This document shows, piece after piece, positions 47,578 through 55,951 of a stretch of 60,737 bases of DNA (positions are counted from its first letter, which is position 1; each line of letters begins with the position of its first letter). The stretch is taken from NCBI GenBank assembly GCA_964407865.1, contig CAYOXC010000004.1, positions 1 through 60,737 on the forward strand. Reading direction: 5' to 3'. A program made the position numbers and the translations under genes. The notes under the pieces are model-generated. The model ran no database searches, was not told the origin of the DNA, and was given only the letters and a program-made list of their open reading frames with translations. Source of the DNA: an uncultured Gammaproteobacteria bacterium (GTDB lineage Bacteria; Patescibacteriota; Patescibacteriia; Magasanikbacterales; GWA2-37-8).

Positions 47578-48462
47578 ATGAGATATTTTGTTTTTTTAAC
47601 GACACTATCTTTTCTTGTTTTTGGTATATTTTTTATCGCGCGGCCAGCTCATGTTGAGGCGGCAGAAACATCGGCCGTTTCAAGTAAACTCATACCAGAA
47701 TGTGTTCTTACTAGAGATACGGCTGCAATGAAGCAGTGCGACAACGTTAATGTATTTATTTGGCTGGCAATAAATATCGGTATTTATTTATTTGGTTTTA
47801 TTGGAGCTTTAGCCCTCCTTTTTTTCATTTATGGAGGCGTTATTTTGATTATTTCACAAGGTAATCAGGAAAAAATTAAGCAAGGCACTTCAGCCATGAC
47901 TGCAGCTATTATCGGGCTTGTCATTGCTTTCAGCGCTTATGCTTTGATTTCATTTCTTAGTTCCACTATTGGCGTTAAGGCGGAAAAAAGCTTAAATTTT
48001 GTTGAGACAGTTTATGCTGCCGAGGGTTGTATGATAGGCGGTTATTGTGAACCTTTAATGGAATCTGATACAGAATGCCCGCCAGAAAATCGTTGCACTC
48101 CCGGTGACATAACAGCAGAAGTAATTGAAGAATATTTAAATGAACCGGTCGGCCAACCATCAGAGGACGCTGCAAAACAGGAGGGAGTAGGTACTTTAAA
48201 AAAGGGGGCAGCTAAGTTAAACCCCATGAATATCGGCGCTCCTTCTGATCTATTATCACGGGGAATAAACGTGTTAATAGCTTTTATGGGCTCAATTGCC
48301 ATTGTGCTTTATATTTATGCTGGATTTATCTGGATGTCTGCTTCTGGAAATTCTGAAAAAGTTGCAAAAGCAAAAAGTATTTTAGTTTGGACAACCCTCG
48401 GCGTCTTGGCCATGGGCGGAAGCTATATGGTAGTAAGAACAATACTTGAACGCGTTGGTTAA
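47578..48462 (+). CDS. Pilin-like protein with two tandem VirB2/TrbC-like (T4SS_pilin-like) domains
   Basis: 'FIYGGVILIISQGNQEKIKQG...AAIIGLVI' and 'YAGFIWMSASGNSEKVAKAK'. Confidence 0.75.
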   Translation: MRYFVFLTTLSFLVFGIFFIARPAHVEAAETSAVSSKLIPECVLTRDTAAMKQCDNVNVFIWLAINIGIYLFGFIGALALLFFIYGGVILIISQGNQEKIKQGTSAMTAAIIGLVIAFSAYALISFLSSTIGVKAEKSLNFVETVYAAEGCMIGGYCEPLMESDTECPPENRCTPGDITAEVIEEYLNEPVGQPSEDAAKQEGVGTLKKGAAKLNPMNIGAPSDLLSRGINVLIAFMGSIAIVLYIYAGFIWMSASGNSEKVAKAKSILVWTTLGVLAMGGSYMVVRTILERVG

Positions 48463-48466
48463 TACG

Positions 48467-48655
48467 CCTAGTAATACAACTTCCAGTGTGTTTTTTAAAA
48501 AAAATATTAATAATTCTGGAAAAATCGATAAAATCAGGATAAACAATCACGCAAACACAAATAACTATTTATGAAAGTGATAAATTCAAATAACTATTCC
48601 ATATTCATGAAGCAAATTTTAATTAATATTTGCTTCTGGAAGTTGATATACTAGG
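48467..48655 (+). other. Stop-to-start inverted-repeat element, copy B
   Basis: Arms cctagtaatacaacttccag / ctggaagttgatatactagg. The right arm ends 1 nt before the ATG at 48657. Confidence 0.6.
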
Positions 48656-48656
48656 T

Positions 48657-49034
48657 ATGAAAATATCAACACTTATAATTATTTTTTCTTTTTTTCTGGG
48701 ACTGATGTCTTTTTTATTTGTTCCTACAGTATATACCACAGATTCAAATTCATCAGAGGTAAAATTAGATAACCCATTAAGTTCGGAGAAAAGCACTGAT
48801 CCATCAAGTTTAATCGGTTTGATTATTAAATCAATCTTGGGTTTTGTTGGTGGGTTGGCCTTGGTCATGATGGTTTGGGGAGGTTTTCAATGGTTAACAT
48901 CAGCCGGTAATCCGGAAAAGGTAAAAAAAGGTTCTCATACTATGGTTTGGGCTATTATTGGGCTTATTTTGGTACTAGGTAGTTATTTATTGGTTGGTAC
49001 GGTATTGAATTTTTTGGCAGGCGCGGGTGGTTGA
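48657..49034 (+). CDS. VirB2/TrbC-like pilin
   Basis: 'WGGFQWLTSAGNPEKVKKG...AIIGLIL'. Confidence 0.75.
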   Translation: MKISTLIIIFSFFLGLMSFLFVPTVYTTDSNSSEVKLDNPLSSEKSTDPSSLIGLIIKSILGFVGGLALVMMVWGGFQWLTSAGNPEKVKKGSHTMVWAIIGLILVLGSYLLVGTVLNFLAGAGG

Positions 49035-49167
49035 CGGTATTTGTAATAAGTGCATTTACTGATTGCGAAAAAGCAGTTTTTTATGGTAAAATTAACAATG
49101 TATTTTAGACATAATCTTGCGCAATCGTTTTAACGGTTTTGCGCTACATAGGAAGGGAGGTGAATCT

Positions 49168-49563
49168 ATGCAGAAAATTATTATTGGTTTAGCGGCAGTG
49201 ATGATAGTTCTTGGCGGTCTTTTAATCGGCGGAGCACCAGCTTTAGCCGTAGACGGAGGTTTGATAACCACTGACGATATTGGATTGAGTTATGGCGCGG
49301 AAACTGGATTAGGTACTACAGATATCCGTACCACAATAGCTCAGATTATTCGTGTGGCTATGGGCTTGCTAGGTATTATTGCCGTAGTTATCATTCTTAT
49401 TGGTGGTTTTAAATGGATGACAGCTGGTGGCAACGAAGATCAAGTGGGTGAGGCAAAGAAATGGATATTCTCCGGCGTGATCGGCTTAGCTATTATTTTA
49501 TCAGCATACGCTCTTACCAGTTTCGTTATTTCGCAGTTGGTACAAGCGACTACTAGTCCGTAA
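49168..49563 (+). CDS. VirB2/TrbC-like pilin, candidate major subunit
   Basis: 'IGGFKWMTAGGNEDQVGEAKK'. Strong SD gggaggtg and promoter TTGCGA-N18-TAAAAT (49063-49092). Confidence 0.8.
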   Translation: MQKIIIGLAAVMIVLGGLLIGGAPALAVDGGLITTDDIGLSYGAETGLGTTDIRTTIAQIIRVAMGLLGIIAVVIILIGGFKWMTAGGNEDQVGEAKKWIFSGVIGLAIILSAYALTSFVISQLVQATTSP

Positions 49564-49567
49564 ACTT

Positions 49568-49708
49568 TTTCTATCAGGGGGTTCGCGCGTTTTCTTTTGT
49601 TCACCATCATTTTGAAAAACCAAGGCGTCTTATAAGGGTTTTAGGCAGGTGTAAAAATTATAAAAAGTGACAGGGAACGAAGGGGGGCGCGCAACCCCCT
49701 GATAGAAA
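49568..49708 (+). other. Long G-U-rich stem-loop downstream of the putative major pilin
   Basis: 16-bp perfect outer stem tttctatcagggggtt/aaccccctgatagaaa, extended inward by gcgcg/cgcgc and T-G pairs. Confidence 0.6.
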
Positions 49709-49752
49709 TTCCGGATTGACTTTTACTTTAGAAGGCAGTCCAGAATGAAATT

Positions 49753-50235
49753 ATGGCTGCAAAAAGCAAAATTTTCTTATCGTTGATAATCGGGGTAATT
49801 TTATTATTACCTTGTTTTGTGTTAGGAGCAGCTGATAAATACGGCCTTGAAGATACTGCCAAAAAAACTAAGTTGGTTGGGATGACGATAAGCAAATCTT
49901 CTCCTGAAGCTCTAGCCGCCCAAATCGTTGTTATTGGTTTAGGTTTTATCGGTACAATATTTTTTATATTGATTCTCTATGGTGGAATTACTTGGATGAC
50001 CGCCATGGGTTCAAATGAAAAAGTTACGCAGGCAAAAAATATATTACAAACCGCATTTATTGGTCTAGTTATAGTAGTCGCTTCATATGCTATTTCCACT
50101 TTTATTTTTAGTCGTTTAGCTGGAGAGGGCGGTGAAATTAATTGTCAGGGAACTTGCATAGATATAGAAGTAGGAGACTGTCCTTCAGGTGCTGCTGAAG
50201 GAGCTTGTCCCGGCGGACAACAATGTTGTAAATAA
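49753..50235 (+). CDS. VirB2/TrbC-like pilin with Cys-rich C-terminal tip
   Basis: 'YGGITWMTAMGSNEKVTQAK'. Tip 'CQGTCIDIEVGDCPSGAAEGACPGGQQCCK'. Confidence 0.75.
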   Translation: MAAKSKIFLSLIIGVILLLPCFVLGAADKYGLEDTAKKTKLVGMTISKSSPEALAAQIVVIGLGFIGTIFFILILYGGITWMTAMGSNEKVTQAKNILQTAFIGLVIVVASYAISTFIFSRLAGEGGEINCQGTCIDIEVGDCPSGAAEGACPGGQQCCK

Positions 50236-50239
50236 ATTT

Positions 50240-51172
50240 ATGAAAATGAAGATTTTTAAAATTATTGTTCTGATTATAGCATTTTTGATACCGGCTTTGG
50301 TTTTAGCCCAGAGTTATGGTCTTAAAACTGCGGCTGATACCTCCGGCTTGTCTTCCAATGTAATTAGTCAAACCAGAGATATTCCTACGATTATCGGCAC
50401 TTTAATAGGAGTGGCCTTGTCATTGGTCGGTGTTTATTTTTTTATATTAATTCTATACGCCGGCTTTATCTGGATGACGGCAGCGGGCGCAGCCGACAAG
50501 GTAGAATCAGCCAAAAAGAAAATGACTTCGGCTTTTATTGGTTTGGTTATTGTCCTTTCTGCCTATGCTTTAACTAGATTTATTTTTGATACGTTTTTAC
50601 AGGAAACAAACGCTACCTGTCAGATAACTCAGGACGGCATTCGGGCGTTAGAATGCCAGACAAATGAGGTCTGTAAAGGCAAAAAATGCGTTAGTGAATG
50701 CGACTATTCTTTTAAAGATTTCGGCGGAAAATGCAAAGATATTAACACCGAAGGGTGTGATGGCCGAATTTTGAGCGGCTTGTGTCCGGGAGGATCCAGT
50801 GTAAAATGCTGTGTTGGAGTTGATGCTTATGCCCAATGGGAACAGAGCAGTTTAACTGAGTCAGAAGCAGTTCCGATTCCCACCGGAGCTTCTGAGCAAA
50901 ACGCTTGTGAAAAAGAAGGAAATTTTTGTTCAACCAAAACAACCTGTGAGACAACTTACAACGGCAAATCGCTTGGCCAAAGCGGTTGCGCGTCTAGCGA
51001 AGTTTGTTGTAAAAGCTGTATAAAAATTGGCGGTGCTTGCATTGACACCGATATATATGATTGCGACTATTCGGATAAAAATTTAAAAACAGGATATTGC
51101 TACGGCACATATAAGGCTGAGAAATATAAATGTTGTATTGGCACTTTTACTGTAAAAGGACTAGGCTTATAA
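50240..51172 (+). CDS. VirB2/TrbC-like pilin with several Cys-rich C-terminal modules
   Basis: 'YAGFIWMTAAGAADKVESAKK', followed by several modules ending in CC. Confidence 0.75.
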   Translation: MKMKIFKIIVLIIAFLIPALVLAQSYGLKTAADTSGLSSNVISQTRDIPTIIGTLIGVALSLVGVYFFILILYAGFIWMTAAGAADKVESAKKKMTSAFIGLVIVLSAYALTRFIFDTFLQETNATCQITQDGIRALECQTNEVCKGKKCVSECDYSFKDFGGKCKDINTEGCDGRILSGLCPGGSSVKCCVGVDAYAQWEQSSLTESEAVPIPTGASEQNACEKEGNFCSTKTTCETTYNGKSLGQSGCASSEVCCKSCIKIGGACIDTDIYDCDYSDKNLKTGYCYGTYKAEKYKCCIGTFTVKGLGL

Positions 51173-51197
51173 TCTGTTAAATGCATTATTAACATAT

Positions 51198-51638
51198 ATG
51201 AAAAAAATTATTTATTTTCTAGTGGCTCTTGGTATAATTTTACCGACTGTTGTTTTTGCCGATGCTTTAGGTTCTGGTCTCTTAGAGCAGTCAGTTGGCG
51301 GAGTTGGTTTGGAATCAGATGTTGAAACAAGTGTGGCGAATATTATTGCCGGCGTGCTCGCTGTTACCGGTACTGTGTTTTTAATCCTCACTGTTGCCGC
51401 TGGTATTATGTGGATGACTGCCTCGGGCAATGAGGATAAAATCACTAAAGCAAAAAAAATTCTTACCGGAGCAACTATTGGTCTGGCTATCTGCTTGTTC
51501 GCCTATATGATTACTTTTTTTGTTACATCTAGTATTAGTGGCAGTGAATGTCAGGGTAGTTGCGTTCCTGAAACCTCAGGATGTTCTTCTGGTTTTGGTG
51601 AAGGCACCTGCGCGAGCGGTGAAGTGTGTTGTAAATAA
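51198..51638 (+). CDS. VirB2/TrbC-like pilin with Cys-rich tip
   Basis: 'AGIMWMTASGNEDKITKAKK'. Tip 'CQGSCVPETSGCSSGFGEGTCASGEVCCK'. Confidence 0.75.
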   Translation: MKKIIYFLVALGIILPTVVFADALGSGLLEQSVGGVGLESDVETSVANIIAGVLAVTGTVFLILTVAAGIMWMTASGNEDKITKAKKILTGATIGLAICLFAYMITFFVTSSISGSECQGSCVPETSGCSSGFGEGTCASGEVCCK

Positions 51639-51642
51639 TATT

Positions 51643-52041
51643 ATGAAAATTATAGGTAAATCTTGGTTAACATTTCTGGCCTGCTTGGCACCGGCTATTG
51701 TTTTAGCCCAGGGTCTAAAAGATGCTGGAGGAAAACTGGGCGCTATGGAGAGTCAGGGAGTAGCTCTGTCGTCGGATGTCGGTGGAGTTGCCGGTACTGT
51801 TGTGACTATAATTTTTTCCGTAGTTGGAACAATCTTTTTTGTTTTAATGATTTATGGCGGATTTGTCTGGATTAAAGCTAGTGGCAGAGATGAGGAAATC
51901 GCTAGGGCTAAAAGGATTATTACCACTTCTTTGATTGGTATTATAGTAATAATGGGTTCGTATGCCATAACTAATTTTGTCTTGGATAGATTAGCTGGCC
52001 AGACAACGGGTGAAGGCACTGAGACGACTGAACAACAATAA
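51643..52041 (+). CDS. VirB2/TrbC-like pilin
   Basis: 'YGGFVWIKASGRDEEIARAKR'. Start taken at MKIIGK. Confidence 0.75.
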   Translation: MKIIGKSWLTFLACLAPAIVLAQGLKDAGGKLGAMESQGVALSSDVGGVAGTVVTIIFSVVGTIFFVLMIYGGFVWIKASGRDEEIARAKRIITTSLIGIIVIMGSYAITNFVLDRLAGQTTGEGTETTEQQ

Positions 52042-52090
52042 TTTATTTTTTTACTTGTTTAAATAGCTGAGCAGAGCTAAAAAAATTTCT

Positions 52091-52663
52091 ATGAAAAAAA
52101 TATTATCACTTTTTGCCTTATCTGCTGTTTTTTTATTAATGGGTGCTACTCCGGTTTTTTCAGGACCAGATATTGGCGGTATGGCGGAAAAAATTGCCGG
52201 TAAAGCTGGTTATGAAACCAGTCAGGATCAATATGCTCTTTCCCGTACTATTGGTGGAATTATTCGCGCCGTTCTTTCTGTAATTGGCGTAATATTTTTA
52301 GTTTTAACCGTTTATGCCGGCGTACTTTGGATGACCGCCTCTGGCAATGAGGATAAAATCACCAAAGCAAAAGATATATTGAAGTCTTCGGTTATTGGTT
52401 TGGTGATAGTGACATCTGCATATGGTATTACGGCTTTGGTTTTCAATTTTGTCATTGGCGCTTCCGCGCCGAGTACAGACGTCGGTGGCTACAGCCCACA
52501 GTCGCAAATGGGTTGTTGCTATAGCGCCAGTCGAAATAAGTGTTTACAGACAGCAAACCTTGGAGCTTGTACTACCAAGTGGGATGATGGTTATTGGTAT
52601 GCCGGTGAATCATGTACGCCGTATATTAGCCAAAATACCGGTTGTTCAATTGAGTTTGATTAA
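52091..52663 (+). CDS. VirB2/TrbC-like pilin with Cys-containing tip
   Basis: 'YAGVLWMTASGNEDKITKAK'. Tip 'GCCYSASRNKC...C...C...C'. Confidence 0.75.
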   Translation: MKKILSLFALSAVFLLMGATPVFSGPDIGGMAEKIAGKAGYETSQDQYALSRTIGGIIRAVLSVIGVIFLVLTVYAGVLWMTASGNEDKITKAKDILKSSVIGLVIVTSAYGITALVFNFVIGASAPSTDVGGYSPQSQMGCCYSASRNKCLQTANLGACTTKWDDGYWYAGESCTPYISQNTGCSIEFD

Positions 52664-52676
52664 CTTAAACAAATCT

Positions 52677-53114
52677 ATGTTTAAAAAAATATTTTTTTGT
52701 TTGGCGTTTTCTACAATATTGATTGGAAACTTGGGTGTGCAACCAGCTAACGCCAGCATTGAAGCGATTGAAAAAAATCTTAAAGCAGCCGCGGAAGAGG
52801 GGGCGGGGTATTCCAGTCCGCAGGATCCACGCACGACCGTGGCTGTTATTATTCGCTACGCCCTACAGCTGATTGGTATAATTTTTTTGGTACTTTTGAT
52901 ATACGCTGGCGCTACCTGGATGCTAGCCGCCGGTAATGAGGATAAGATTGAAACAGCAAAAAAAATAATCCGAGCAGCGGTGATCGGATTGGCTATTGTT
53001 GTAAGTGCTTATTCTATCACTCTTTTCGTTTCTTATGTAGTTGTTCAGCGCGGTGACAGAAGTGTTGTTGACAAAAATTCTCCTCAAGGAGAGAGTCTTC
53101 CTTTTAATCCCTAA
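52677..53114 (+). CDS. VirB2/TrbC-like pilin
   Basis: 'YAGATWMLAAGNEDKIETAKK'. Start taken at MFKKIF. Confidence 0.75.
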   Translation: MFKKIFFCLAFSTILIGNLGVQPANASIEAIEKNLKAAAEEGAGYSSPQDPRTTVAVIIRYALQLIGIIFLVLLIYAGATWMLAAGNEDKIETAKKIIRAAVIGLAIVVSAYSITLFVSYVVVQRGDRSVVDKNSPQGESLPFNP

Positions 53115-54200
53115 TTACGAAATAATTTTTTGAAGAATTTTTTCCGAAGAATCAATCGGAATAGTGGCTTTGGCAAATTTGAGTTTTCCTTCTAAAACTG
53201 CCTTGGCTAAAATGTAAGTTTCTTTATGGTCGGCTATTAGCCGGCCATAATTATTTTCTTCAATAAATTGAACATTTGCCTGTTCCTGTCCGGGGATAGG
53301 ACTAACGAGAAGCATTGGCTTGTTCATGGCTAGACATTCGGTAACGGTTAAGCCTCCTGGTTTACTTATAATTAAATCCGAAATTTTTATTAGCTCATCA
53401 ATCCTATCGGTAAAGTCAATAACTCGATAATTGTTGCTGGCTGGCGATTGAAGACTGTTAAGTTTGTTGTAAGATTTGAAATTATTTTTTCCGGCAATAA
53501 TCAGTAGGTTAATATTATTGAGATTTTTTAATATATTTTTTGTTATTATAGTTGGTTCGATCAAGCCAAATCCTCCAGACATGATAAGAATAGTCGGCTT
53601 TTTATTATCTAGATTAAAATCAGTAAAAGTGGTTTTTAAATCCTTTTCTATCAGAAATTCCGGATGTAAAGGGATGCCGGTTGAATGTGCCCTGCGGCCA
53701 AGATTTAATATTTCATTTTTTATTTTTTCATTTGGAGCGTAAAATTTTCTCACCTCTGGATCCAAAACAATCCTATTTAATTCATAGTCAGTAATAACCA
53801 TGTCTAAAGGAGAGTCAATTGTATGATCTTTTAAAAATGCCGAAGCAATAAAATGAGTGCTTACCATTCGGTTAGGCGCGAAATCCTTAACGTACTTATG
53901 AAGTTTGCGAGTATTAATTTTAAAAAGCGATATGAAAATGTTTAACATCCTAGCGGAAAGGTTGGTGTCTCCGCTTATATATAGAAGGCCGTAAAATTCC
54001 GGCATGTGCTTTGCTAAAAAGTGGTATGTGCTTGATACGGTTTTTTTAATCAGCCAGTCTGAATAATCAACCAAATCAATATGTCTTGCTTCAATTTTTG
54101 GGTATTTTAAAGCACAAGCCAAGCGTAGTGCCTCGGCCGCTCTTTTGTGCCCAGCGCCCGCTGAACAGGATACGAATAATATTTTATTTACATTGGCCAT
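53115..54200 (-). CDS. GT28 glycosyltransferase, MGDG/diglucosyl-diacylglycerol synthase (UgtP)-like
   Basis: 'GAGHKRAAEAL', 'VSTHF', 'VITDYELN', 'ISKPGGLTVTECLA', 'PIPGQEQAN'. Confidence 0.8.
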   Translation of the reverse strand: MANVNKILFVSCSAGAGHKRAAEALRLACALKYPKIEARHIDLVDYSDWLIKKTVSSTYHFLAKHMPEFYGLLYISGDTNLSARMLNIFISLFKINTRKLHKYVKDFAPNRMVSTHFIASAFLKDHTIDSPLDMVITDYELNRIVLDPEVRKFYAPNEKIKNEILNLGRRAHSTGIPLHPEFLIEKDLKTTFTDFNLDNKKPTILIMSGGFGLIEPTIITKNILKNLNNINLLIIAGKNNFKSYNKLNSLQSPASNNYRVIDFTDRIDELIKISDLIISKPGGLTVTECLAMNKPMLLVSPIPGQEQANVQFIEENNYGRLIADHKETYILAKAVLEGKLKFAKATIPIDSSEKILQKIIS

Positions 54201-54277
54201 ATGATTATTTACCCTACCACAGGGTATCGGTTTTGACAATTTATAATAGCAACAACTCGGTATTGTATACCGAGTTG

Positions 54278-54423
54278 TTTTAGGGCGACCTAAGGGAGTT
54301 TCACTCGGCGCTTTGCGCCTCTCACGGGAACCCCTGCCTACCGGCAGGCAGGTTCGGGTTCCCGTGGGCCCTCCTCATTAATGTGGGGAAATATTTTCCC
54401 CACCACCCCTTTGCTCAACTCCC
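54278..54423 (-). mobile_element. tRNA-tailored structured element, His copy, with a nested 20-bp palindrome
   Basis: On the minus strand it begins gggagttga (antisense of the His T-arm), has the three-hairpin core, and ends aactcccttaggtcgccctaaaa (His 3' end). Confidence 0.6.
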
Positions 54424-54474
54424 AATGTAACAAAAAAACAAACCCCAGCTTTGCACTGGAGTTTGTTTTTTTAG

Positions 54475-54546
54475 GGCGACCTAAGGGAGTTGAACCCTTG
54501 TAACCAGTGCCACAAACTGGTGTTCTACCGTTGAACTAAGGCCGCC
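54475..54546 (-). tRNA. tRNA-His(GTG) with encoded G-1:C73, CCA not encoded
   Basis: Anticodon loop ttGTGgc, extra G-1 opposite C73. Confidence 0.92.
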
Positions 54547-54612
54547 ATATTATTTTTTATCAAGCCTTATTAGGCTTGTGGGACCGCTCAGAATTTACTC
54601 CTCCACCACCCG

Positions 54613-54684
54613 TCTCCTCAGTAGGAATCGAACCTACATTCACAGCTTAGAAGGCTGTTGTTCTATCCATTGAACTATGAGGAG
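54613..54684 (-). tRNA. tRNA-Arg(TCT), CCA not encoded
   Basis: CTCCTCA/TGAGGAG acceptor, anticodon loop ctTCTaa. Confidence 0.92.
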
Positions 54685-54703
54685 AAATATGGTGGAGGGG
54701 CAA

Positions 54704-54732
54704 ACTATAGGACTTGTCACTTATAAAGTCAA
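54704..54732 (-). promoter_or_regulatory. Sigma70-type promoter for tRNA-Arg/His
   Basis: TTGACT-N17-TATAGT on the minus strand. Confidence 0.65.
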
Positions 54733-54821
54733 AATTAAGTGGTTTGTTGAACTTTTTAAAATAACACACTCAAGTTTAGCACATTTTGCTGAATAAATCA
54801 ATATAATGTATAATATATCCA

Positions 54822-54968
54822 TTAACCCTGTTAAATAATTTCAAATTTGAGCTGTCAAATATGAAATTAAAATTTTTTTAGGCAGGGGGAGTATAACACG
54901 CCGTTATGAGATATTTTGGCAGACTGACGACGTGTAAGTGGCTTTAAAATTTTATTTAACAGGGAAAA
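54822..54968. repeat. Inverted pair of the ACCCTGTTAAATAA motif whose right arm abuts an ATG
   Basis: ttaaccctgttaaataa (54822-54838) and ttatttaacagggaaaa-tATG (54952-54972). Confidence 0.65.
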
Positions 54969-54969
54969 T

Positions 54970-55440
54970 ATGAAGAAAATTATCTTAACACTATTCATTG
55001 TTTTAGCATTACTAGGTGCGGTGCAGGTCGTATTTGCACAAGGCGGATTTGGCTTAGATAAAACAGCTGGAGCGGCCGGCTATGAAACAACCGGCGCCTC
55101 TGCTTCGCTATCTACCCGAATTCAACTCGTTGTTTCAGTAGTTCTCGGTTTAGTCGCTGTTGTATTTTTTGGCTTAATCCTTTACGGCGGCATTATTTGG
55201 ATGACAGCTCGCGGTAAAGATGAAAAAGTTGCTGAAGCAAAAAGCATTCTTGAAGCGGCGACTATAGGGTTAGCAGTAATTGGCGCTTCATATGGTATTG
55301 CCACATTCATAATTAGTCGCTTAGGGACAGGAGAAACCGGTTGTTGTTCAAGCGGATCCGGGGAAGAAATGCTATTTGAAAATATTGATAAGGCCAGTTG
55401 TGACCAAAAACAAGGTGTTTGGAATCCAGGTGACTGTTAG
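54970..55440 (+). CDS. VirB2/TrbC-like pilin with Cys-containing tip, separated from the array
   Basis: 'YGGIIWMTARGKDEKVAEAK'. Tip 'GCCSS...C...C'. Confidence 0.75.
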   Translation: MKKIILTLFIVLALLGAVQVVFAQGGFGLDKTAGAAGYETTGASASLSTRIQLVVSVVLGLVAVVFFGLILYGGIIWMTARGKDEKVAEAKSILEAATIGLAVIGASYGIATFIISRLGTGETGCCSSGSGEEMLFENIDKASCDQKQGVWNPGDC

Positions 55441-55470
55441 ATAATTACATACTATTTTAAACCAGCATTA

Positions 55471-55499
55471 TTGACAAGTAACTATTTATCTGTTATTCT
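55471..55499 (+). promoter_or_regulatory. Sigma70-type promoter for rpsO-NYN-pnp
   Basis: TTGACA-N17-TATTCT with TG extension. Confidence 0.65.
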
Positions 55500-55585
55500 G
55501 TATTCATTAAATTATAGGGTATAAGGGGTACCCCCGAACCGGCGAAGAACATGCCTTTGTCGCGCTCGGTAAGAATTTGCATGTT

Positions 55586-55951
55586 ATGCTACAAACAAAG
55601 AAAAAGCAGCAGCTAATTAAAAAATACGCCATTCACGAAGGGGATACTGGATCCAGCGAGGTGCAGATAGCCATTTTAACGGCTGAAATTGAGGAGCTTA
55701 TCAAGCACTTAAAGACGCACCCAAAGGACCATTCGTCACGTCGCGGACTTTTGCGAAAAGTTAGCACAAGACGACGCTTAATGCGTTTTCTGAAAAAGGA
55801 AAATCCAGAGTCATACGAAGTTGTGGTTAAAAAATTAAAAATTAAACAGCCTAGAGCTCTCGTTAAACAGAGCGAAGCCGAGGAAAACATGGAAGAAAAT
55901 CCTGAAGAGGACGCTATAATTGAAAACGAAGATGAAGACAAATCTAGTTAA
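55586..55951 (+). CDS. rpsO: 30S ribosomal protein S15 with acidic C-terminal extension
   Basis: 'HEGDTGSSEVQIAILT...HLKTHPKDHSSRRGLLRKV'. Confidence 0.96.
   Translation: MLQTKKKQQLIKKYAIHEGDTGSSEVQIAILTAEIEELIKHLKTHPKDHSSRRGLLRKVSTRRRLMRFLKKENPESYEVVVKKLKIKQPRALVKQSEAEENMEENPEEDAIIENEDEDKSS

Noticed and set aside
54598-54698. 9-bp inverted repeat flanking tRNA-Arg (cctccacca/tggtggagg) as element termini
   Set aside because: Short, and more simply explained as precursor leader-trailer pairing or chance.
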